Source of the DNA: a virus
Lineage: Duplodnaviria; Caudoviricetes
Strand: one strand, 5' to 3'
Virus record (IMG/VR): IMGVR_UViG_3300035208_006553
Span: 44,380-108,379 of that record
Length of the DNA: 64,000 nucleotides
Positions 52,498 through 62,655 of this stretch are shown piece after piece. The notes under the pieces are model-generated. The model was not told where the DNA came from, ran no database searches, and saw nothing but the letters and a program-made list of their open reading frames with translations. Position 1 is the first letter of the stretch, and every line of letters starts with the position of its first letter. Both the position numbers and the translations under genes were made by a program.

Positions 52498-55400
52498 TCA
52501 AGTCCAACAAATTTTACAATACTTAAAACAAAAACAAGGTCGACCTATATATTTATCTGATCTTGCAACAGATTTGAGTATTACTGAAGATATAACTCCT
52601 TTAATTACAGCAGGTTATATTTATCCTTACAATCAAGGATTATTTTTAACTCAATTAGGAGAACAATTTTTAAAAAGTAAAAATGTTTCGGATTATTATA
52701 ATAACATACGAAAGTTTCATGCAGGAATACATCCTAAGAATAGGGAATTAACAGAAAATGCAAATATTCAAGATCAATGGTTAAAACATTTTTTAACAGC
52801 TCTTCAACAGTTTAAAATTAACCATCCTGAATTACAAGATTTATTTGCTATACTAGGAGTTAAAGCTGAAGAAGATATAGGTACGTGGCACGATGCTAAG
52901 GAATTTATTAAAGATGCTCAAGCAATTTTTAATAAATGGAATTTTGGGGAGTTTAAAAATCTTGCATATACAAAAGAAAAAGGAGTTTATACCGTACCTG
53001 AAGCATTGAATTCAGTTGAGCATGCTATAGCTGAATCAATGACAAGATTGGAACAATATTCAAAGCGACATAAGAATTTGTTTAGAGATTCAAGTCGTTA
53101 CAGACAAGTATATGATGAAGTAGAAAGTCTTGTTTATAACTTAGATCAGAAATTTGAAGAGCAATTGAAAATAAATTTAGCTAATTATAAAATAGGTTCT
53201 GTAATTGATATTAATTTATTAGAAACAGAATCTCTTCATGCAATTACTCTCTCAAGAGGTTATAGTAAAAGTGATATAGATTTTGTTAAAATAACGTTAT
53301 CTAAATTAGGTAATCAATTAATCGAAAAAGCTCGGACAGTTCTTCCTGACATCTTTTTTAGTAATGAAGATTCTCAATCTGTTTTTACACGTTTATTTGA
53401 AATGATGCATCAAAGAAACGGTACGTTAGCCTATCAAAATTTTAAAGCATCTGCTTCCCACACACCTCTTGGAAATGGTGTGTTTGCATTATTATTTAAC
53501 GGTCAAGATTACAGTACCGGAACATCTTTTTTTTACAGATGTAATTTTGATGATTTAACAATTATTAATTGTAATTTTAGTAATACTAATTTAAGTGATA
53601 CAAGCTGGACAAATGCAAAAATTAGCAATTGTAATTTTGAAGGAGCAAATTTAACAAACGCTGAAATGGGTGATGTAGAATTATTTGATAATAACAATGT
53701 TACGGGAGTTAATTTTACTAATGCATGGGTATCGAGAAAAATTCTGCAAAGTGCACCGGACATTCAAGGTGCAAGAACTAACGGAATGGTTTCTATTACA
53801 AAAGATGACATGAAAGCTAAAGGATATAGAGGAAAAGAAAGTTTTGATCACGAGTATATAAGTACCAAACAAAAAGTACCTGGCTATACAATGAATGCTC
53901 CAGGAGATGAATGGAATAATTTAATATTTGCTACTGATAAAGCTAATGAATTTCCATCTGATCTATTTCAAGCTTTCAATTATCATGGAGGTAGCTTAAA
54001 TTATAAAGGTAAAAGTAAAAATGATAAAATATTAGGATGGATTGGAGGTAAGTGGAGGAAAGATAAAGGAATACTTTATGTTACTGAAATGCAGTCAGAT
54101 TTATTACAAAATACAAGAAGAGTCAGAAATAAGGATGATTACAATCAAAAGAATTGGACTAGGACTAAATTTAATAAAGACTGGCCTGCATTGGCTTCTA
54201 AACTTGAAAATAGATTTGACGGGTGGCAGAAAGTATTTTTTAATAATGCTTTACGAGAAGCTCAGCGTAGAAATGCAAGTTATGTTTACGTACCTACATC
54301 AGTTTACTATGAAGAGAAACATTCAAATGCTCCTTTTAAGTATTATGATGCAATAGTTCAAAACTACCCCCACACAACCACTTCAGACGGTAACTGGAAT
54401 GTTATTGATATGAAAGATTCAGGACAGATGTTAATAGCCGCAATGGAGGATAGTCTCGATAAATTTGCAAATTTAGTTGCATTAAGTTTAGACTATCACA
54501 CCTGGAAAATTTATATAGAAACTTACATTAAAAAGTTCGTAGAAGATCAGGAACAATTAACGAAAGGGTTAGAAAGTAAAGAAGAATTAGCAAAAGACGC
54601 TTACAAGTTTATGTTAGAAGCTATTCCTCAGAATGTTCAAAATGATTCAGATTTTAAAGATATTTTAGAGGCTGCGGTTGAAGAATTAGAAGATGACGGA
54701 TATGGAAATATTTTAGAAGAAGCACAATTTAAAACTCCCACTCAAAATCCTCTTGAAACCCTTAATTTTGGAAACCGTCCAGATGAAGATGATGAAGGAG
54801 CTGTACATATAGATCCTTCAGGTCAGCCCATGGAGCCTGAAAAATTACAAGAAGGACACGGAGAAGAAATTTATAACCCTCTTCGTTCTCTTGATTTTAA
54901 TCGAAAAGATTACGAAGTAGAAAAACAAAGTATGGTTAATAAATATTTAGATGAATTAAGTCAAGCTAAAAGAGGTGGAGATCAAAATAAAGTTAATAGT
55001 ATTAAGAAGAAATTAGATGAATTAATTAGTTTATCGAGTCTTTCGTTTAAAAAAGAAAGCTGGCAAGTAGAGACTAACGAATTTTACGAATTAGAAAGAT
55101 TACTCAATAATAAACATTACTCTTATCATCTAGAAGGAAATACATTTATTATTGATCATGAAGGATATGTATATCTTAATTCTCTTACATCTCTTCCAGA
55201 TAACATACAATTTAATAATGAAGGATATGTAGATCTTTATTCTCTTACATCTCTTCCAGATAACATACAATTTAATAATGAAGGATATGTATATCTTCGT
55301 TCTCTTACATCTCTACCTAATAATGTACAATTTAATAACAGAGGATATGTAGATCTTTATTCTCTTACATCTCTACCTAATAACATACAATTTAATAATG

Positions 55401-55846
55401 AAGGATATGTATATCTTAATTCTCTTACATCTCTACCTAATAACAAATATGATATATTTAAAAACGGTGGAGTAGTTTTTTATAATCACCATAACTCTCA
55501 ATTTAATCCTAAAGATAGAGAAAAATTGAGTTGGAAAGAAGTTGAAGATGCGATTCCTAACGTGTGGAGTAGAGGCTGTAAGTTTTCTTCTCCTCTTGAT
55601 TGGCGTTCAGGAAAAGATTCATGGAAGAATTTGGAATTTAATTATGACCCTTCTCGAGGACAACAAATTCATCAATATGAACCTACACACGATGAAGAAC
55701 AAGGTAATGGTGCTCTTAATTCACTTGACTTACAAGATTTATACTATGCAGATAATTTTAAAGAACCCATTACAATAGATAAAAAAGATAAAGAAATAGA
55801 ATCTCTAGACTGGACTACTCGAAATAATTTACAATTTGGAATTTAA
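52487..55846 (+). CDS. Polyvalent protein: pentapeptide repeats, LYVTEMQSD domain, LRR module
   Basis: CNFSNTNLSDTSWTNAKISNCNFEGANLTNA; E-x-Q-S-D motif of the kind seen in large polyvalent phage proteins; LRR copy 3. Confidence 0.75.
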   Translation: MNNSQVQQILQYLKQKQGRPIYLSDLATDLSITEDITPLITAGYIYPYNQGLFLTQLGEQFLKSKNVSDYYNNIRKFHAGIHPKNRELTENANIQDQWLKHFLTALQQFKINHPELQDLFAILGVKAEEDIGTWHDAKEFIKDAQAIFNKWNFGEFKNLAYTKEKGVYTVPEALNSVEHAIAESMTRLEQYSKRHKNLFRDSSRYRQVYDEVESLVYNLDQKFEEQLKINLANYKIGSVIDINLLETESLHAITLSRGYSKSDIDFVKITLSKLGNQLIEKARTVLPDIFFSNEDSQSVFTRLFEMMHQRNGTLAYQNFKASASHTPLGNGVFALLFNGQDYSTGTSFFYRCNFDDLTIINCNFSNTNLSDTSWTNAKISNCNFEGANLTNAEMGDVELFDNNNVTGVNFTNAWVSRKILQSAPDIQGARTNGMVSITKDDMKAKGYRGKESFDHEYISTKQKVPGYTMNAPGDEWNNLIFATDKANEFPSDLFQAFNYHGGSLNYKGKSKNDKILGWIGGKWRKDKGILYVTEMQSDLLQNTRRVRNKDDYNQKNWTRTKFNKDWPALASKLENRFDGWQKVFFNNALREAQRRNASYVYVPTSVYYEEKHSNAPFKYYDAIVQNYPHTTTSDGNWNVIDMKDSGQMLIAAMEDSLDKFANLVALSLDYHTWKIYIETYIKKFVEDQEQLTKGLESKEELAKDAYKFMLEAIPQNVQNDSDFKDILEAAVEELEDDGYGNILEEAQFKTPTQNPLETLNFGNRPDEDDEGAVHIDPSGQPMEPEKLQEGHGEEIYNPLRSLDFNRKDYEVEKQSMVNKYLDELSQAKRGGDQNKVNSIKKKLDELISLSSLSFKKESWQVETNEFYELERLLNNKHYSYHLEGNTFIIDHEGYVYLNSLTSLPDNIQFNNEGYVDLYSLTSLPDNIQFNNEGYVYLRSLTSLPNNVQFNNRGYVDLYSLTSLPNNIQFNNEGYVYLNSLTSLPNNKYDIFKNGGVVFYNHHNSQFNPKDREKLSWKEVEDAIPNVWSRGCKFSSPLDWRSGKDSWKNLEFNYDPSRGQQIHQYEPTHDEEQGNGALNSLDLQDLYYADNFKEPITIDKKDKEIESLDWTTRNNLQFGI
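55061..55534 (+). repeat. LRR module copy 3 (5 repeats)
   Basis: Direct sequence identity of caps. Confidence 0.97.
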
Positions 55847-55848
55847 TT

Positions 55849-58800
55849 ATGTATTGGGCTGAAATTACAGATTACACAGGTTGGATGGTAAAATTAGAAC
55901 ATTCTGGTACATCATTAGCACCTTGGGATACTATGTATGGAATAGTCACATATCAATATCCGGAAAGCGATTCTATTTATTTATTTGATGGATGGTTTTA
56001 CTATCATGAAGAAGATGTATTAGAAAGGTATGATCCAACACGAACAGGTAATATGAGAATATGGAAAGGTTTGGTAAAAAACGTACATCCGTTATATAAA
56101 ATAGATTTGAATGTTAATAAACAAGCTAATGAATTCACTTATACAGATGCTTCCGATGTAAATCAATCAGTTTTTTCTCCAGGAAAAGAGGAATTTCATA
56201 CTGAAATATTTCCATTTTTAAAAGATGAATTTATTGGAGAGGACGAAGTACCTATTAAGTTTATATTAGATCCAAACAGTAAAGGGTATACTAAGATTGA
56301 TGAACCTCAGGGAACAGCTTATAATGGAATAAGAGCTTCATTAGATAAACTCTCTTGGCAAGTAGAGACTAACGAATTTTACGAATTAGAAAGATTACTC
56401 AATAATAAACATTACTCTTATCATCTAGAAGGAAATACATTTATTATTGATCATGGAGGAAATGTAAATCTTGATTCTCTTACATCTCTACCAGATAACA
56501 TACAATTTAATAATAGAGGATATGTATATCTTGATTCTCTTACATCTTTACCTAATAACATACAATTTAATAACAGAGGATATGTAAATCTTTATTCTCT
56601 TACCTCTCTACCTAATAATGTACAATTTAATAATAGAGGAAATGTAGATCTTAATTCTCTTACATCTCTACCAGATAACATACAATTTAATAACAGAGGA
56701 AATGTATATCTTTATTCTCTTACATCTCTACCTAATAATGTACAATTTAATAACAGAGGATATGTATATCTTGTTTCTCTTAAATCTCTACCTAATAACA
56801 AATATGATATATTTAAAAACGATGGAGTAATTTCTTATAATCGCCATAACTCTCAATTTAACCCTAAAGATAGAGAAAAATTAAGTTGGCAAGAAATAGA
56901 TAATTATGCTGGTTGGTTAGTCAAACTTAAAAACAAAAGAAATACTAATGATAAAGGTAGAGTTTTTCTTGTTTTATCTGATGTATGGAAGGAAAAAGAT
57001 GAAGTTATTACAGGATGGAGAGCTCATGTATTTACTAAAGAGTATGATAGAGAGGTTACTGAAAAAGAACAAGAACAAGATGTAATTAATCAATTAAAAA
57101 ATGGAGATAGTATTGCTCGATTGACTGGACAATTTTATGATAAAATCCCTATTCGAAAAGTTTTAGATTTAGATAAAATTGCTTCTAAAAAGAGTCTTTT
57201 CATATATATTAAACCGGACGAAAAGTTACCTAAAGCGCTTCAAAACGAAAAAGCTCTCCATATTACATTAGTATATTTATCTAATACAGTTGATGATAAA
57301 AGAGAAGAATGTTTAAAAGATTTACAAAAAGTACTAAAAAAATACAAAAAACCGGAATGTAATTTTACTGGTAAAGCAAATTTTAATAATACTGATAATT
57401 CTAATGTATTATTAATAAACTTTGAGAACGGTGCTGAGTTATACTCTGATATAATTAAAGTATTAAGTAAATATGTAGAAATTGATAGAGATTATAATTT
57501 CATTTCTCATATGACTATTGAAAACGATATTGATATGAAAAATGTTGAAGATTATAAATGGAAACCTGATAAAATTCATGTTGAGTTTGAAAAAGACGTA
57601 CCTGCAGTTACTATTGAGTTTGAAACAGGAGAATTAGGAGAAGAAGAAAATTTAGATAAAACTTCTACTTTAAATAGTTTAAGTTGGCAAGAAAATAATC
57701 TCAATACAGTACTTTTAAAAGCAACTATAGATGATATATGGAAAGTAACAAATCCTGATAATAGTTATTACATAAGTATGGAATACACGGATTTACAAGA
57801 AGATAATAGTGTAGGAGGTGCCGGTAAGTGGACACGTACTCTTCCTGAATTATTTTTTGAAATTAAAAAATACAAAGAAGGAGAAACTTGGAATACAGGA
57901 TTTAAAGTTCCAGAAAATTGGAAAGTTAAGTATGTGGGAAGGTTAGAAGATTTAGAGAAGGAATATCAAGATGTCAAAAAAAATCAAAGTACTGAAACAC
58001 AAAAAGAAGCTAATTTTACATATAATCAAAAAGTATCCGAAAGCAATGAAAAAATTAAGTTAGCATGGAAAGATACAGATATTGAAATATTTGCTCCAAA
58101 TACAATTTGGGCTGAAGAAGTTCAACGTTATGGAGAAAACGTATTAAGATATTGGTATGTTAAAGAAAAGTTAGGATACGGTGTCATTTTTGGTATGGAT
58201 GATTATGATTTAGATATTCTCAAAAGAAAAGTTATAGGAGAAAGTCATAATGATGGTCATTTTAATTTTTATAATTCAATGGGAGATCCTAATGAATATA
58301 AATTTGTTCAAAAATGGGACCCTCTTCAAGTTAAATTAGGAAGTCGAGAAAAATTAAGTTGGCAGGAAATTTCTGAAGATTTAATCGGATGGGTGGTAGA
58401 AGTGCACGGAGGATACAGGGTAATTCTTGATAGTATTGATCGAGATTGGTATACTGTAACAGCTAAATTCTCTACCGAACAAGAAGCAAAAGAAAGATAC
58501 AGTGAAGGATCATTTAGTACATTTATGTTAAATAAATCTCAAAAATTTCAACCTCTATATAAAGTTGATCTAACTAAACAAGCATCTAATGAAACAAATT
58601 TTACTGAATACAAAGATAGAAATCGAAAAATGTATGAAGAGAGATCGAAATATTACGATGACAAAGATGGAGGTAAAATCTTTTGGTCTTCTACTCAAGC
58701 TCAACAATCTCGATTTGAAACCTTAATTGGAATAGGAGATTTAACTGACAAGAAGATATTAGATGTAGGATGCGGTCATGCAGATTTACTAGATTACATA

Positions 58801-60144
58801 GAAAAAAAAGGAATAAAAATTCAAGAATATGTAGGTATTGACATTGTAAAAGATATCGTTGAGAAAGCAAGAGAATTACATCCAAATATGAATATTGAAA
58901 TAAGAGATATACAAAAAGATCCAATAAAAGATGAAAGTTTTGATTATGTTTTTGGTAGCGGTATATTCGCTCTTAATACCGAACAATGGAATCAATACGT
59001 AATTGACATGCTACAAAAATTACTTGAAACAACTCGTATTGGTGTAGCTGTAAACTTTCTTAAAGCATCTCAATTTAATCAAAGTAGTCAGTTAAAATAT
59101 AATAATGCTCAAGATGTATTAAATTTGATTAAACAAAATGTTACGGATAAAGTTATTTTAAAAGAAAATTATTTAAATGATGATTTTACTTTGTACATTT
59201 TTAAAAATCAAAATAAACTTTCTTGGCAAGTAGAGACTAACGAATTTTACGAATTAGAAAGATTACTCAATAATAAACATTACTCTTATCATTTAGAAGG
59301 AAATACATTTATTATTGATCATGAAGGAAATGTAGATCTTTATTCTCTTACATCTCTACCTAATAACATACAATTTAATAATAGAGGATTTGTAAATCTT
59401 GCTTCTCTTTTATCTTTACCAGATAATATACAATTTAATAATGAAGGAAATGTATATCTTAATTCTCTTACATCTCTACCTAATAACATACAATTTAATA
59501 ACAGAGGAAATGTATATCTTTATTCTCTTACATCTCTTTCAGATAACATACAATTTAATAATGAAGGATTTGTAAATCTTGATTCTCTTACATCTTTACC
59601 AGATAACAAATACGATATATTTAAAAACGATAGAGTAGTTTTTTATAATCACCATAACTCTCAATTTAACCCTAAAGATAGAGAAAAATTAAGTTGGAAC
59701 TTAAATTTAGAAAATGCTAGTTATGAAACTATTTTACGTGCACCAAAATATAGTGTATGGAAATCTATTGACAGTAATAATTTCTCTATTTACTTTGTTC
59801 TTCTAAAAGAAGGAGGAGTTGAAGATGCTGATGGAAGAATTGATTTATACGGATTTTGGAAAGAAAAATTTGATTATGTATTGAGTACGGCAAAATATAT
59901 TATTAGTATAAGAAACGTAGACAGCACAGGTTACCCCTTTTATATAGATAAACATTGTAAATTTACATATTTAGGTCAACTAGAAGATCTAATAAAGGAA
60001 TATCAAGATGAAACCGAAGAAGATCAAGACACCGAAGAAGGGAGTATAAAAATGGCAAAAAAGATTAAGACAAAAAAACAAAAGAAAGTTCTCATTAAGC
60101 ATATAGTTTTGAAATTTCCCAAGACGATGAAAAAACTGAGTTAG
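55849..60144 (+). CDS. Polyvalent protein: GWxV modules, 2 LRR modules, 2H phosphoesterase, class I SAM methyltransferase
   Basis: LHITL...SHMT (2H pair); ILDVGCG, YVGIDI, FDYVFGSGIF; KLSW/KxA boundaries. Confidence 0.85.
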   Translation: MYWAEITDYTGWMVKLEHSGTSLAPWDTMYGIVTYQYPESDSIYLFDGWFYYHEEDVLERYDPTRTGNMRIWKGLVKNVHPLYKIDLNVNKQANEFTYTDASDVNQSVFSPGKEEFHTEIFPFLKDEFIGEDEVPIKFILDPNSKGYTKIDEPQGTAYNGIRASLDKLSWQVETNEFYELERLLNNKHYSYHLEGNTFIIDHGGNVNLDSLTSLPDNIQFNNRGYVYLDSLTSLPNNIQFNNRGYVNLYSLTSLPNNVQFNNRGNVDLNSLTSLPDNIQFNNRGNVYLYSLTSLPNNVQFNNRGYVYLVSLKSLPNNKYDIFKNDGVISYNRHNSQFNPKDREKLSWQEIDNYAGWLVKLKNKRNTNDKGRVFLVLSDVWKEKDEVITGWRAHVFTKEYDREVTEKEQEQDVINQLKNGDSIARLTGQFYDKIPIRKVLDLDKIASKKSLFIYIKPDEKLPKALQNEKALHITLVYLSNTVDDKREECLKDLQKVLKKYKKPECNFTGKANFNNTDNSNVLLINFENGAELYSDIIKVLSKYVEIDRDYNFISHMTIENDIDMKNVEDYKWKPDKIHVEFEKDVPAVTIEFETGELGEEENLDKTSTLNSLSWQENNLNTVLLKATIDDIWKVTNPDNSYYISMEYTDLQEDNSVGGAGKWTRTLPELFFEIKKYKEGETWNTGFKVPENWKVKYVGRLEDLEKEYQDVKKNQSTETQKEANFTYNQKVSESNEKIKLAWKDTDIEIFAPNTIWAEEVQRYGENVLRYWYVKEKLGYGVIFGMDDYDLDILKRKVIGESHNDGHFNFYNSMGDPNEYKFVQKWDPLQVKLGSREKLSWQEISEDLIGWVVEVHGGYRVILDSIDRDWYTVTAKFSTEQEAKERYSEGSFSTFMLNKSQKFQPLYKVDLTKQASNETNFTEYKDRNRKMYEERSKYYDDKDGGKIFWSSTQAQQSRFETLIGIGDLTDKKILDVGCGHADLLDYIEKKGIKIQEYVGIDIVKDIVEKARELHPNMNIEIRDIQKDPIKDESFDYVFGSGIFALNTEQWNQYVIDMLQKLLETTRIGVAVNFLKASQFNQSSQLKYNNAQDVLNLIKQNVTDKVILKENYLNDDFTLYIFKNQNKLSWQVETNEFYELERLLNNKHYSYHLEGNTFIIDHEGNVDLYSLTSLPNNIQFNNRGFVNLASLLSLPDNIQFNNEGNVYLNSLTSLPNNIQFNNRGNVYLYSLTSLSDNIQFNNEGFVNLDSLTSLPDNKYDIFKNDRVVFYNHHNSQFNPKDREKLSWNLNLENASYETILRAPKYSVWKSIDSNNFSIYFVLLKEGGVEDADGRIDLYGFWKEKFDYVLSTAKYIISIRNVDSTGYPFYIDKHCKFTYLGQLEDLIKEYQDETEEDQDTEEGSIKMAKKIKTKKQKKVLIKHIVLKFPKTMKKLS
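56356..56889 (+). repeat. LRR module copy 4 (6 repeats)
   Basis: Direct sequence identity of caps. Confidence 0.97.
59224..59697 (+). repeat. LRR module copy 5 (5 repeats)
   Basis: Direct sequence identity of caps. Confidence 0.97.
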
Positions 60145-60150
60145 AAAAGT

Positions 60151-60276
60151 ATGTTAGATATAAAATATTGCGCTTGTGGGTGCGATGGAGGGTATTGGCA
60201 TAGTACGGCGAAAGCAAAAATTATTGATCAAGAAAAAGACGAGATTGCAAAAGATAATGGATACGCATTAAATTAG
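60151..60276 (+). pseudogene. Internally deleted homing endonuclease remnant
   Basis: MLDIKYCACGC joined directly to DGGYWH...D.EKD..AK.NGY (Vsr/DUF559-like C-terminus). Confidence 0.6.
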
Positions 60277-60366
60277 ATATAGGTTAAATTATGCAGAGGA
60301 AGTAACGGAGCTTATTGAACTTCATTATAATGAGCTAGTACAAATGTTTAACGTGGGTTAGTAGAT

Positions 60367-60903
60367 ATGAGAGACAACCGGCATCAAGCACTTTTTATAG
60401 AAAAGGGTATAGTAAGTCTAACCACTGAGATACTTAAAAAAGCTTCTTTAGAAGATTTTGAACAAATCACAATAAGTGATATATATGATATTCATAACAG
60501 TATTCTCAGCGAGTATGGAGGACTTCCAGGAGAAAAAGAAGATACAAGAGGAAAAATAGAAGCTACAATTGGAAGAATGAATTCAGGTTTTGGAGAAGAA
60601 GAATTTTATAAAGATTTAATTGAAAAAACAGCCATTCTCATGCATAGTTTAATTACTACACACCCATACGTAGACGGAAATAAAAGAACAGCTCTCGGAA
60701 GTGGTTTATACTTTTTACATTTAAATGGATTTACCTTAGAAGATAGTGAAGAATTAGCAGATTTAATAATTTCTATAGCCGAAGGAGTAGCAAGTCACAA
60801 AAATCTCATTTATTATATAAACGCTCATAAAAAAGAATGGAATGAAGAGTTTTATGGAGAAAATTACCATACTTTGATTGATACACACAATTTACTCACT
60901 TAA
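60367..60903 (+). CDS. Fic/Doc family protein
   Basis: HPYVDGNKRTA Doc-type motif; IH...L..YGG..G. Confidence 0.9.
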   Translation: MRDNRHQALFIEKGIVSLTTEILKKASLEDFEQITISDIYDIHNSILSEYGGLPGEKEDTRGKIEATIGRMNSGFGEEEFYKDLIEKTAILMHSLITTHPYVDGNKRTALGSGLYFLHLNGFTLEDSEELADLIISIAEGVASHKNLIYYINAHKKEWNEEFYGENYHTLIDTHNLLT

Positions 60904-60914
60904 ACGGAGTTTAT

Positions 60915-62168
60915 ATGTCAAGCAGTAAATCAAAAGCATTGCAAGATGAAATGCAATTATTTTTAATTGCTAATTACTATAAAATGACAGATAAGGATAT
61001 AGCAATTTCTTTTATGGAAAAGTATAATAAAGTATATGATATTATTAGTACTGTAGATACAATTAGAAAAAGATTTGGAGACTTAAGGTTTAAATTAGGT
61101 TTACCTGCATTTACTTCTCTAGTAAAAGAGTTAGATGTAAAAAAGTCAGATTCAAATTCCTTTTCTTCATTTGAAATACTTACCAAAAAAGACAAGGACA
61201 AGGATAAAATAATAAAAATATTAAAAAGTTCTCAAGAAGGTACATCTTTAGATAGTCTATCTAATAAAATAAGTGAATCTATAGATTATGCTCAATACAT
61301 AGTAAATGAAATTATCTCAGAGGGTTATGATTGTTTTTTGGAAGATGGTAAGTATTTTATTAATACAGAAGCAAGACAGGGAGGTTATCATACTATAAAT
61401 TTAGAAAAATTTGAAAATAAGTTTTATAAATTTGGTGCGGTTGCGGATACCCATCTAAATTCTAAATTTGAAAGATTAGATGTATTGAATGCCTTGTATG
61501 ATGTTTTTGAAAAAGAAAAAGTTACAACTGTATTAAATGGAGGAAATTGGATTGATGGAGAAGCAAAGTTCAATAAACACGATTTAATTAATCATGGAAT
61601 GACTAAACAAGTAAATTACTTTATTAAAAATTATCCTCAACGTAAAGGGATTACAACATTAATTGTTTCTGGAGACGACCACGAGGGGTGGTATTGGCAA
61701 AAAGAAGGGGTAAATATCGGAGAGTATTTAGAAATGAAAGCTCTTCAACATGGTAGAAAAGATTTGATAAATTTAGGATATGTCGAAGCTGACATAGATT
61801 TAAAAGCAAGTAATGGAGGTTCTAAATTAAGGTTGATGCATGGAGGAGGAGGTACTGCATATGCAATGAGTTATACTCCTCAAAAAATGATTGAAAGTTT
61901 TCAGGGCGGTGAAAAACCTTCTATTTTACTATTAGGACATTATCATAAAGCTGATTATATGTTTTATAGAGATGTACATTGTTTACAGCTAGGAACAGTT
62001 CAAAATCAAACTACATTTATGCGTAAAAAGAAAATTCAAGCACACATAGGTGGATGGATAATAGAATTTCAACAAAGTAAAGATGGAGCTATTAATAGAT
62101 TTAAGTGTGAATGGTTATCGTTTTTTAATGAGACTTTTTATGAAAGAAACTTATATTACAATGAGTAA
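60915..62168 (+). CDS. HTH-fused metallophosphoesterase
   Basis: ADTH, GGNWIDG, SGDDHE, LMHG, LGHYHK. Confidence 0.85.
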   Translation: MSSSKSKALQDEMQLFLIANYYKMTDKDIAISFMEKYNKVYDIISTVDTIRKRFGDLRFKLGLPAFTSLVKELDVKKSDSNSFSSFEILTKKDKDKDKIIKILKSSQEGTSLDSLSNKISESIDYAQYIVNEIISEGYDCFLEDGKYFINTEARQGGYHTINLEKFENKFYKFGAVADTHLNSKFERLDVLNALYDVFEKEKVTTVLNGGNWIDGEAKFNKHDLINHGMTKQVNYFIKNYPQRKGITTLIVSGDDHEGWYWQKEGVNIGEYLEMKALQHGRKDLINLGYVEADIDLKASNGGSKLRLMHGGGGTAYAMSYTPQKMIESFQGGEKPSILLLGHYHKADYMFYRDVHCLQLGTVQNQTTFMRKKKIQAHIGGWIIEFQQSKDGAINRFKCEWLSFFNETFYERNLYYNE

Positions 62169-62655
62169 TTAAAGTATTTGAAAAATTTTATTGTAAATAA
62201 AGATAAAAACAAAATAGTAAATTGCGATGCAAACCGTGCAAAAATGAACATTCTTGAATTCATTATTTATATAGATCAATATTCATATTTTACTGATTTG
62301 TTGAGAGGATTTAAGGAAGGTTTAAAAGGATTTTGTATACTAATTATGTCTATTCTAGGAGTATTACTATTTCCTGTTTTTTTATTTATACGTGCATTTT
62401 TGGCTATAAAAAGGTCCAAGAAAGAAGTAAATTATTGGAATAGTTTAAAGAAAGGTAATTAAATTGAAAGAGCTTGATCTGATAGCTGAAGAACTTATTA
62501 AAAAACTTTCTTCTATGAAAGTAACCCCTTCACAAGTTCACTTGATAGAACAAGCTCTATATAAAGCTTATGTTATTGGATTTGGAATGAAATCTGATTT
62601 TAGAATAGATAAAGAATTTCCTATTATAAATATGAAAAATAGTTAGAGAAAAGTG

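Noticed and set aside
488-61201. Minus-strand ORFs in the track (e.g. 488..709, 9010..9309, 20601..21029, 34481..34687, 51621..51890)
   Set aside because: They are short, lie antisense to well-supported + strand genes or repeats, and have no recognisable motifs or RBS.
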